A model generated the notes under the pieces. It was given only the letters and a program-made list of their open reading frames with translations, was not told the DNA's origin and made no database searches. Shown piece by piece: positions 54,371 through 64,000 of a DNA stretch of 64,000 nucleotides. Every line of letters begins with the position of its first letter. Position 1 is the first letter of the stretch. Origin of the DNA: Octopus sinensis (lineage: Eukaryota). A program made the position numbers and the translations under genes. Where the stretch lies: NCBI RefSeq assembly GCF_006345805.1, contig NC_043021.1:13950001-14014000 (forward strand). The letters run 5' to 3'.

Positions 54371-54619
54371 TTTAGTTGATAATGCTTGAGAATCTGGCTG
54401 GAAAATGTAATGATGGTTGCTTATGACAGAACCTACTGGAAGAGGTGCCTGAGGACTCCAAAAAACCCTCCCAGAAATGTCGAGCAAAGAAGATGGATGG
54501 ATTTCTTGAACTTATCTTCCACTTTTCTTTGAGACTTGCCAATAATTGCTGCAATTTTTTTTTTCTTCTACCTCAGATTAAATTTCAATAAGTTAAGAAT
54601 TTCTTTTGTCTGTTACTAA

Positions 54620-54960
54620 TTTTAGTGGTCAGACTGCTGCCATGCTGGGGCACCACCTTGAAGAAGTTTAGTCAAATGAGTCAACTCTAGCACTTTTTTC
54701 GTTTTTAACCTGGTACTTATTTTATCAGTCTCTTTTGCTGAACGGCTAAGTTACAGGTACATAAACACACCAACACTGGTTGTCAAGCAATGGTGGGGAA
54801 CAAACACACACACACACAATAGGCTTCTTTCCATTTCCACATACCAAATTAACTCAGAAGGCCTTCAGCAGCCCAAAGCTATAGTAGGAGATACTTGCTC
54901 AAGATGTTATACAGTGGGACTGAAACTGGAACCATGTGATTGGGAACCAAATTTCCTAGC
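54620..54960 (-). mobile_element. Long tRNA-type SINE (family of 36502-36845)
   Basis: Reverse-complement family words: CCATGCTGG, CCGAAC/CTGAACGGCTAAGTTAC, GCTATAGTAG, GGGACTGAA. Confidence 0.75.
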
Positions 54961-55258
54961 ACTCAGCTATGCCTGTACCTATACTTATTATTGCATAGAA
55001 ACATTAGCAGCACCAATCTTAATAATATTAGAGGGCCACCAAGGGCTATAGGCTGTCATTTCTTCCAGACACTGCAAGTAAAAAAAAGAAACGAAAATGC
55101 ATCACCTTTCATCTTCATCATTGTCAGCATTGTTTTAATTTCTGCTTTTCCATGTTTGCATGGGTCAGATGGAGTTAACTGAGGAAGATTTTCTATGGCT
55201 GAATGCCCTTCTTGTAACCAAACCTCATCTGTTCCTAAATAACATATTTCCCCATAGT

Positions 55259-55476
55259 AGACGGCAAGGTAGTAGAAATGTTAGCACACTGGGTGAAATG
55301 CTTAGTGGTATTTCATCTGTTTTTACATTCTAAGTTCAAATTCTGCCAAGGTTGACTTTGCCTTCCATCCTTTCAGGGTCGATAAATTAAGTACCAGTTG
55401 CGTACTGTGTTTGATCTAATTGACTGCCCTCCACTCCCCCAAAATTTCAGGCCTTGTGCCTAGAGCAGAAAAAGAC
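55259..55476 (+). mobile_element. Solo major SINE with a 14-bp TSD, nested in another repeat
   Basis: TATTTCCCCATAGT (55245-55258) and TATTTTCCCATAGT (55477-55490). Confidence 0.85.
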
Positions 55477-55629
55477 TATTTTCCCATAGTCAGACACGTT
55501 TTTGCAAAATATTGGAAATGAAGGACAGTGCTAGTATGAAGGTGACAGTTATTTACAATCTTCCCATGATGTCAAGACTAGCAAACTCAAATACATACAG
55601 TGTGTGCATCTATCTCACTCTCTATACAT

Positions 55630-56040
55630 ATATATCCTTTTATTCTTTTGTTTCAGTCATTTGAATGTGGCCATGCTGGAGCCCTGCCTTTAGTTGAACA
55701 AATCGACCCCAGAAATTATTCTTTGTAAGCCTAGAACTTATTCTAGCAGTCTCTTTTGCAGAACCGCTAAGTTATGGAGATGTAAACACAACAACATTGG
55801 TTGTCAATCAATGGTGGGGAAACAAACACAAACACACAAATATATACATATCCCCCCCCCCCCATATATATATACATACACGATGGGCTTCTCTCAGTTT
55901 CCATCTACCAAATCCACTCATAAGACTTTGGTTGGCCTGAGGCTATAGTTGAAGACCCTTGCTCTAGCTGTCAAGCAGTGGGACTGAACCTGGAAGCCAT
56001 GTGGTAGGAAGCAAGCTTCTTACCACACAGCTATGCCTGG
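55630..56040 (-). mobile_element. Long tRNA-type SINE (family of 36502-36845), near full length
   Basis: CTTTTGTTTCAGTCATTTG...GGCCATGCTGGAGC...CCAAATCCACTCA...GGCTATAGT...GGGACTGAACC. Confidence 0.85.
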
Positions 56041-56041
56041 G

Positions 56042-56083
<42 letters not shown>

Positions 56084-56976
56084 ACATACACACACACATA
56101 CATACATACATACAGAAAGAGACAAATGATAGTAAATGGAATAACATTATTGAAAATCACTACAATTGTTTCAGCACTTTCTTACACCTTTAGTACATAA
56201 GTAAGCTATTGTGCAATCACTATCTTACATCCTAGGTGTAAAATGCACTGCCTCAGGTGATTGTTTAAATAAGTTCTTTGTTAGATCCTCTTGCCACTTC
56301 ACTCAGCGTGATAATGTATACCCAGAATGATGTAGACAAGGTTTGCATATCATTCTACAAGGTTTTAACCCAAATCTTACTTAACCATATATATATATAT
56401 TTACATCATGTTGAACTGTTAACACCCTACATGTTTTTTCTTTCTCTCTCCATTTTTCCCCTCCCAATCTTTTGTCAAAAAGTGTAGGCTCAAAATGTCA
56501 AAGATTTTTCCATTTTTCCCAAGTATCAAACTAATACACCTGCTTTGTTTTTTGTAAATTTGAACTATATATATATATATATATATATACATATATACAT
56601 ATATATACATATATAAATATATATAATTCAAAGAGAGTTAGAGGTTGTGAATCCAACCAACTAAGGGATAGTATCTATCCAATATACTGTTGGTAGAATA
56701 CCTAATTAATATACGTGTTGGTTATTGTGCGCCAATTACCCTACTGATTATAATAATTAGACGAGGGTAATAAGTGGTTTTACCCTTAATTTATATGGCA
56801 AGTATTCATCAGTTGTTAGACATTATGTCTATTTATTTATTTATTTTAAATAGCTCAGATAATATATGAATACATGTGTAAAGTATTAGTAATTTCTAGA
56901 ATGAGAAAGAAGATTCGAGGATTTGGTTCAACAAATGGGTAAATGCATCGCTTGAGATGGCAATTATGTCGTATAG

Positions 56977-58610
56977 AAGAGGAGTTTCGGAAAATTCATA
57001 CAAGTCGAGTTTTTCATAACTTTCAGAAAAATTAGCATTTTTTAATAAAATTTTTCTGCCAAAACCTTTCATATGATAATCTTGAAATTTAATGTGAAAA
57101 AAAAAACAAAACATTTTAAAGCGTGGTGGGCATGCACGCATAAATACATACACATCACATTTTTTTCCTCCCCAAATCCCAAGTTTTATTTTGTATGTGA
57201 TGTGTATCAGTATTTACGTGTGCAAGCCCAATTTCTTTTTTCCATATTAAATTCCGATATAATCGTAGTCTGCCTATTGTGAAAGGTATTTGGAAAATTT
57301 CATTAAAAATAACTAATTTTCCTGAAAGAAATGAAGACACGAAGCCGACTCGAGTGAATTTTCCGACATTCCTCTTTTCACGCCCCAGAAAAATATTTTC
57401 ATAATTAATTCCAATATAATCGGAATTCTACATCGTTTGAAGCATATTTATAAAAAAAAAATTCATTAAACAACATTCATTTTTCTGAAAGTTATGAGAA
57501 AATAAAGTTTGCTGATGGGTAGCATACCTGTGTAAGGCATGCTATAAAAATAAATTATGCTCACTTTTGCATTACTTTCATGGGTGACCAGTAATAAAGT
57601 CACAATTAATTTATGGGATCTGGGCAAAACCCCGCTAAGACAAAACCCAGCAAGACTTCCTTTTCTACCCCGCCAAAAACCCGACGGGCGGAAGTCTTTC
57701 CCCAAACCCCATCGGACAAAACCCCTCCAGACAAAACTCCTGTGACTTTATTACCGTATCTCTTTTTTACCTGGATTCCTTTCGGAGCAACTTTCCTACA
57801 TACATATCCGCCATGTAAGCATTCCCCTACTTGGATGTAACTCAAGGAAAACTAGAATCTATTCGAATGTAAGACTGAATGTTATAAAGAGTCCGCTACA
57901 AATTATATTACGACAATGGAGCCATGAATTTACAAGAATGGGTGATAGATAAAAAAAACAAATACTATATTTGAAGGTATATAAGGCGCATTTTCGGCGG
58001 AGTTTGTCATGTGTATCAGTATGTATGTGTGCAAGCCCAATTCTTTTTTCATATAAAATTCCCCTATAATCGTAATGAAGGCGGAGGTCGAGTGTAAATG
58101 TACACCATCTAAAAAGTATTTGTAGAAAATTTCACAGAAAAAAAAAACAAAAATTGCCAATTTTTCTGAAAGTTACGAGGATACAAAACCGACTCGTGTG
58201 AATTTTCCGACATTCCTCTCTGCACGCCCCAGAAAATTTTTTCATAAGAAATTCTAATATAATCGGAATCTGCACCGTCTGAAGCTTGTTCGTAAAAAAA
58301 AAAATATTCATTATATAACATCGATTTTTCTGAAAGTTATGAGAAAACAAAGTCCGTTGATGGTGTAGGTATGCCATAAAAATTATGCTCGCTTTTGTAT
58401 TACTTTTGGGGCATCCATCATCCATTGACACCCACCCCGTTTGCCTTCCCGTACTTGGCCGTAACTCAAAGAATAACTAAAATCCATACGAATGTAAGAT
58501 TGAATGACGTAAATTATCTTACGACAATAGAGCCATGAATTTAGGTGAATAGGTGATTGATAAAAAAAGAAAAGAAAAATACTGGAGTTGATGGAATATA
58601 AGGAGCACCT
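56977..58610. mobile_element. Foldback-like modular repeat: one inverted arm plus two direct units
   Basis: 56977-57159 is an inverted copy of 57196-57379. Unit 1 (about 57196-57990) and unit 2 (about 58005-58610) are colinear (GTGTATCAGTAT..GTGTGCAAGCCCAATT, CCGACTCG.GTGAATTTTCCGACATTCCTC, CGAATGTAAGA.TGAATG). TTTTTCTGAAAGTTA-type motifs recur. Confidence 0.7.
57589..57756. mobile_element. Small TIR-bounded insertion (MITE-like) present in unit 1 only
   Basis: CAGTAATAAAGTCACA (57589-57604) vs TGTGACTTTATTACCG (57741-57756), 15/16 inverted match. Internal (G/A)GACAAAACCC repeats. Absent from unit 2. Confidence 0.65.
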
Positions 58611-58849
58611 TCTTAACAAAATGTCTCCAAAAAAAAAAAAATCACCCTGACCCCTGTTTGCGAAGTTGGGCCTCTCATAAACTTTGATCTACCAAAACAT
58701 TGTCTCTTGAATATTTGCTATTGAAATTGGGGTTCGTCTGATATGACCGTACATCTTCAGTTTGATCCACCTTTCATGCCTCAAATGCAGTGTTTGATAA
58801 TTGCTGATGGCTTAAAAGGAAATTTCGATGAAAATAAAGGTATTTTTCT

Positions 58850-59860
58850 CTTACCTTATGGAAAAACACATGAAATAGAAAATACGTGATAAAAAAATTA
58901 TAAATTTATTATAATAGAATAAAAATAGGCTGGAAAAAGAAATGGGTGAAGGTATAATACGAAAAATGGACTTACCAATGAATTAAAACAGACGCGATGT
59001 GAATGGATAAGGAATTGATACTGCGATTCTAACAATGCGAAGAAAAATATGGAGGTGTGTCTCTTGGACGTCGGAATGTTGGGAAACGGCGAACTTTTCG
59101 GGAAAGTTTACGTAAGTTAACGAAGATGGCTGTAATGCTTCGATGTAATTTTTCTTCAACCAAATTGCTAAAACCGATATTATTGAATTTGGGTAGTTTA
59201 TGGAAGTTAAAAACGTATGCAAGAATTTAATAGCTCTTATGTGAGTTTTAAACTGTTGGAATTTTATTGTAAGATTTGGATTTTCTCCATTAGACATAAC
59301 AGACAAAATGGAGCCTAGACATGAAGCTTTGGAGGGAACTGAGTAATTCTTAACATGGGGTCGGTTGTTTTCATCAATTCAGCCAAATACATTCCGATAA
59401 AGCAGTCGTGTAGCACTTTTGAGTATTAACGAAGTAATTTCCATGATAGTATATCCATAATTCAAAGCTGTTTCTTGGTGGATCTGATGTAGGACTTTGG
59501 TGAAGAAGGATCATTTAAGTGAACCTAAACGCATAAACCATAAATTTCTCAAAGTGGCCATCAAGCGGATATTTACCAAAGTTAACAGAGTTAAAGGTAA
59601 GTGCAGTATTTAAATTTTGGTTGTTATTACGAGCAATCTTTTAGTGTTGTGACTTGTAATAGAAGCTGCAAAGTTCTTCCAATCTACGTAGCTCACCTTA
59701 ACAAGGTTCTTTTAAACGAGTTTATGATTTCTGTGGTGGTGGAAAAGCTTCCAGTACTTCATAGCAATGCTGGTCTTTACAGTTTGGTTAGCGCATAAAG
59801 CGCGACGGGCCACGACCGTGGTCGTCCGTCACAGGTCGACAGGTCGCGATCGTGGCCTAG
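58850..59860. promoter_or_regulatory. Candidate promoter / first-exon zone (possibly bidirectional)
   Basis: Locally CpG-enriched unique sequence with a YY1-like AAGATGGC at 59123-59130. Minus-strand donors AAG|GTGAGC (59697), TTG|GTAAGT (58976) and AAG|GTAAGA (58855); plus-strand donor AAG|GTAAGT (59596). CpG-dense hairpin at 59808-59857. Confidence 0.4.
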
Positions 59861-59943
59861 ATAGATACATTTAACTTATGGACATTTCGTTTTTGGATTT
59901 GGTTTGCAAGATTCTTTATATGAGTTCGTGTGTTGAAGCATAT

Positions 59944-60173
59944 TCTGTTGTCTCTGGGGAGAGTCATTCTCTTTTAGTCCCTTATTATTTAACACACTCA
60001 CCGGTAAAATTTTCACTTTTTTCTTATTTTTTATTTTCTAAAATTTTCGTTGCGTCTTGCAACCTTTTCAATAGTCCACTTATTTCTTAATAAGAAATAA
60101 GTGGAAATTTTACCGGTGAGTGTGTTAAATTATAAGGCACTAAAAGAGAACGACTCTCCCCAGACACAACAGA
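59944..60173. repeat. Long inverted repeat (75-bp arms, 70/75 match) with an embedded 29-bp palindrome
   Basis: Arms 59944-60018 and 60099-60173. CCACTTATTTCTTA-A-TAAGAAATAAGTGG at 60076-60104. Confidence 0.9.
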
Positions 60174-60589
60174 TTATGGACATTTGTTGGGGGCTAATGT
60201 CACTCAAACGTTCCGGTACCCCCGCCAGAATGCAAGAGAACTAATAATTTAGCTAATGATTTTTCAGATGATGTAATACTTACCACCATTATATACTAAG
60301 AAGATATTTTAACTTTTTTAGTTTTTTTTTTATGTGTGCTTGGTAGTCTCATTTTCATAAAATGTGCTCAGCAAGCCATGCTATATAAGTGCAAATCCCA
60401 GTACTTTATGGGTTAAAGACAGTATTATACATAAGATTCTTCGATTTATACTCTTATGCCTCGAATTATTGGTATTGGGCATGTATTTTATCTCTTCAGC
60501 ATCGCAAGAACCATTAGACCACCTGGGGGTGGAGGGCAAACGCAAACAGAAAGAACACCTGGTTTCTAGGTGTTTTCCTGTCGTCGGTA

Positions 60590-62280
60590 TTGCACACCTG
60601 CCTGCTTACATGAGGAAGAGGAAAGATGCAGTTTAGGAAAGGAGATGTAGTTTGGTTTGTTGGGGTAGGGTGTGTGAAAATTTTATTGTCATGTGTGGGT
60701 GGGGCACAATGCTTCTAGCACTCAGGTTCACTGACATGGGTGGGTCCTCTCTAGAACTTCATATCGCCAGGCATCTTAGATCATTGCCATTTCCTCCGTG
60801 AGCCCTAACCTCCTGAGATTGGTCCTCATCACTTCATCCCATGTCTTCTTGGGTCTCCCTCTTCCAGAGGTACCGTCCACTTTCAGTGACTGGCATTTCT
60901 TTATACAACTGTTATCATTCATATGCATCACATATCCAAACCAACGTAATCTCCTCTCTTGCATGCTGCGTTTAATTCCTCTTATGTCCAACTTTTCTCT
61001 CAATACTGTTGCGCTTTGTCGTTCATGCACTTTGATGTTGCACATCCAGCAGAGCATACTACCTCCGTTCCTTTCTTGTCTACTCATGTCCTTTGCATTC
61101 AGAGCCCATGTCATACAGATGTTCATACACAAGCATCACTCTGAGAGAGAGAGAGAGAGTACTTTTGCTGTCAACAGAGGTAGTAGTTCTCTGAACTTCC
61201 TCCATCCTATTCTTATTCTAGAAGCAATGCTTTCAGAGCATCCACCACCATTAATAATTTGGTCACCTAAGTAGCAGAAACTATCTACTACCTCAAGAGA
61301 GCCTTCTGGACATTTGAGAAAGTCTAAGTTCCACATGATCTTAGTGCTTATTGTTCCTGCACATCTGCCACACACGAAGGTGACCTTATCTGTTAATATA
61401 CCCGTGACCCCACATGTCCATAATTACTTCTCTCTCCTTTCCTACATATTGAGCAGAAAGATAGTTTTATCTGCTTTCTTGCTAACAACTTTAATCTTTG
61501 CTAGGTTAACTTTAAGAAAGGTGGCGACCTGGCAGAATTGTTAGCACACCGGGTGAAATGCTTAGCCGTATTTCGTCTGCCACTACGTTCTGAGTTCAAA
61601 TTCCGCCGAGGTCGACTTTGCCTTTCATCCTTTCGGGGTTCCAGTTATGCACTGAGGTCGATATAATCGACTTAATGCATTTGTCTGTCCTTGTTTGTCC
61701 TCTCTGTGTTTAGTCCCTTGTGGGTAGTAAAGAAATAGGTTAACTTTAAGTCCAGGTTTTGCTTCCATACATGGAACTTCTCCAATTCTGCTTCAGATAT
61801 AGCAGTTCCTATGGGCATCCAGTTTTGAATTCTGAATTCCTCTGTTATAGCCTGGAGGATTATAATGAATAAGAGTAGACTAAGAACTGAGCCATGGTGA
61901 ACTCCTACTTGTACACTAAATTCATCACTATTCATGGCTGACTCCCACCTTACTGACAGCACCACTGTAGATGGCTTGTACAGCTCTAACAAGCCACTCC
62001 TCTACTCCTAGCTTCCTTAGAGACCACCAGATAACAGAGTGGGGAAACTCTGTCAAAAGCTTTCTCCAGATCGACGAAAGCTAAGTACAATGGTTTACTT
62101 TTGGCCAAATACTTTTCTTTTCAACTGTCTCACTAAGAAGGTGGCATCTGTGGTGCTTCTCCCAGGAACAAAACCAAACTGCATCTCATCTAATTTAATT
62201 CTATTCCTAATCAATTGAGCTATAACTCTCTCTCTGTAACTTTCATGACCTGGTCCAGCAGTTTGATACCTCTGTAGTTG
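60590..62280 (-). mobile_element. 5'-truncated RTE-clade LINE (RT domain to 3' end), disrupted
   Basis: NYRGIKLLDQVMKV, YLAFVDLEKAFDRV, VGVHHGSVLSLLLFII, LEVVDSFCYLGD...GWRKFRELLPLL, MQERRLRWFGYV...GRGRPKKTWDEV. Confidence 0.92.
61517..61735 (+). mobile_element. Young SINE with major-family head and alternative tail, inserted in the RTE with a perfect 15-bp TSD
   Basis: TAGGTTAACTTTAAG at 61502-61516 and 61736-61750. CpG-rich head CCGCCGAGGTCGAC. Confidence 0.92.
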
Positions 62281-62819
62281 TTTTATAATTCTTTAATTTC
62301 TAAATGAATTTTACATTTCTATTTATGGTGATCCCTTACATTTCAAGGTCCTGTTCTTTTCAGCTGTGGGGATATTTTGTGATATTGGCCTGTTGAATAT
62401 TGTTTCAAAATATTCCTCCCATCTATTCCTTTTCGATAGTCAGCACTTTTTCATGTTTGGGAGTATTTTATTTCTCATAGTCTTACCAAAATTACTTTAA
62501 ATAAATTCTCTAATTTCATTAATTAATATATAAAAAAACAATACAAACAACATATAAAATAAAAATGAAAAAAAAAGAAAGCCAAACAAAAAAAAACACT
62601 TAGATATTTTAAAGAGAATTTATTGAAAATATATTTGAATTTTGGATTTATACAATTATTTATTATACACTATGTTTATATGGGTATGAGTATAAAAAAA
62701 TGTATTTACACACTCACACATAGACACAAGTAAACATAACCTATACATTTATTATTCACCTCTCTACTGGTTTCATTTACTCATGTGTGACCATACTGGA
62801 GCACCACCTTTATAGTAAT

Positions 62820-63275
62820 TCCTTTCATTTCCATACTTCTGTTAAAACTTCCTTTGTCTCAATTAAATATGAGAATAATGATTGCAGTGTGGAAGGTGTT
62901 TATAAGCCATTTAAGAAACACACAAAATCCGTTAGATTCACTTCAACATTTAAATTTAATTTGTCAAAATATTTTCGTCGCTTTGAGACTGCAACCTGTT
63001 CACTGTGCGTTTCTTAAACGGCTTATAAACATTTTACACGCTGCAATTATTTTCGTTCCAGCACATGATCTCAGATCAGGTCACTTGCTATGCAAGTACA
63101 TCTCCGTAAAATGAAAATATTGAATTTAGCAAAATACCCTTGCCATTATTAATCCAGTGGTTGGAACACAAATTAACATGAAATTTTGATGGGAGGTTTT
63201 ATATAGATCACTTTAAAATAGGAGGCTTCTGTGATAGATTCAGGGGCAGTCTCAAGTGGGTTGGTATCAATGAGT
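62820..63275. mobile_element. piggyBac-like MITE (family of 11464-11676) interrupted by a nested repeat of about 230 bp
   Basis: The left part (CCTTTCATTTCCATACTTCTGTT) and right part (GGAACACAAATTAACATGAAATTTTGATGG...GGGTTGGTATCA) match the reverse complement of the 11.5 kb element. An unrelated segment at about 62880-63110 lies between them. Confidence 0.6.
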
Positions 63276-63504
63276 TTCACCTGAGCACTTACTTCAATCT
63301 GTTACATATTTTACTGAATTACAGTCTTAGCCAGGTGCAGGTATGGGGATGTTGTTGTTAAGTTCATTGCTTGACCTCATGGCTTTGTATTCAGTCATGG
63401 TGTATGATACTCAGAACAAGTAAGTGCTTTCTACTATAGCTCCAAGTTGGCCAAAGAAGGACTTGTGAGTCAATTTAGTACACAGAAAAATGAAAGGGCA
63501 TTGC

Positions 63505-63541
<37 letters not shown>

Positions 63542-64000
63542 ATATGCACCATACACACACATACACATATATATACATTATATACACATATTTAAATGTA
63601 TATCATCATCATCTTTTAACATCCGTTATACATGTGTATATTGTATATGTGTGTGTGTGTGTGTATGCATATATATATATGCACATACACATAAGTACAC
63701 ACACATATAGATGTATATATGTATATGTATGTGTGTATGTGTGAATGCTTACTATCTGTGGAGAACCATGCTATGGATGGTGGCATCACCATTTGTTGAT
63801 GGGCTGCAACTGTTAACATTTGCTTACATTTCCTGTCAATGTATCATCTGCTATCTCTGTGCTTTTGAATTCCTCTGGAGTCAAAATTCTCTTACTTGGT
63901 CCAAAAAAAAAAAGAAAAAGGGGGTAAGGGTTGGCAACAGGAAGAGCATCCTGCTGCAAAAATCCTGCCTCAAATAGATCCCTGTCTAACCCTTGCTAGC

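Noticed and set aside
9524-61735. SINE heads as tRNA genes, and SINE/RTE arrays as CRISPR-like arrays
   Set aside because: The heads have A/B-box-like words but no cloverleaf. The array units are 200-300 bp diverged retroelements with no short identical repeats, unique spacers or cas genes.
2564-63977. Dozens of 60-280 aa ORFs rich in YI/CV/HT/II repeats
   Set aside because: These are translations of (TA)n, (TG)n, (TACA)n and (ATT)n microsatellites, which lack stops in some frames. Only the last 26 codons of 2564-2899 are real.

Overview
Very AT-rich, microsatellite- and transposon-dense eukaryotic DNA. It is most consistent with a coleoid cephalopod (Octopus-like) genome; this is inferred from the syntaxin exon and the repeat landscape. 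Only one host protein-coding exon can be supported: the terminal transmembrane exon of a syntaxin-1 family gene (2819-2899, +, [26 protein letters not shown]), followed by a probable long low-complexity 3'UTR. The rest is mostly repeats: a decayed Penelope-like element between inverted repeats, about 40 tRNA-type SINE copies largely in same-strand head-to-tail arrays joined by (ATT)n, R4/Dong-type and RTE-type LINE remnants, piggyBac-like (TTAA) and Tc1-like MITEs, and a foldback-like modular repeat. The most unusual structures are a five-unit tandem array of about 290 bp built from an RTE ORF2 C-terminal segment with a shared TGGTCA junction (53.0-54.4 kb), the strongly strand-biased SINE arrays with a Dong insertion in an (ATT)n linker, a dense TGACC/GGTCA motif cluster (18.0-18.3 kb), and a promoter-like zone rich in CpG, hairpins and splice donors (58.85-59.86 kb). 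Almost all entries in the supplied ORF track are microsatellite artefacts. No CRISPR, rRNA or bona fide tRNA gene was seen. Boundaries were read by eye and are approximate unless a TSD or TIR is quoted.
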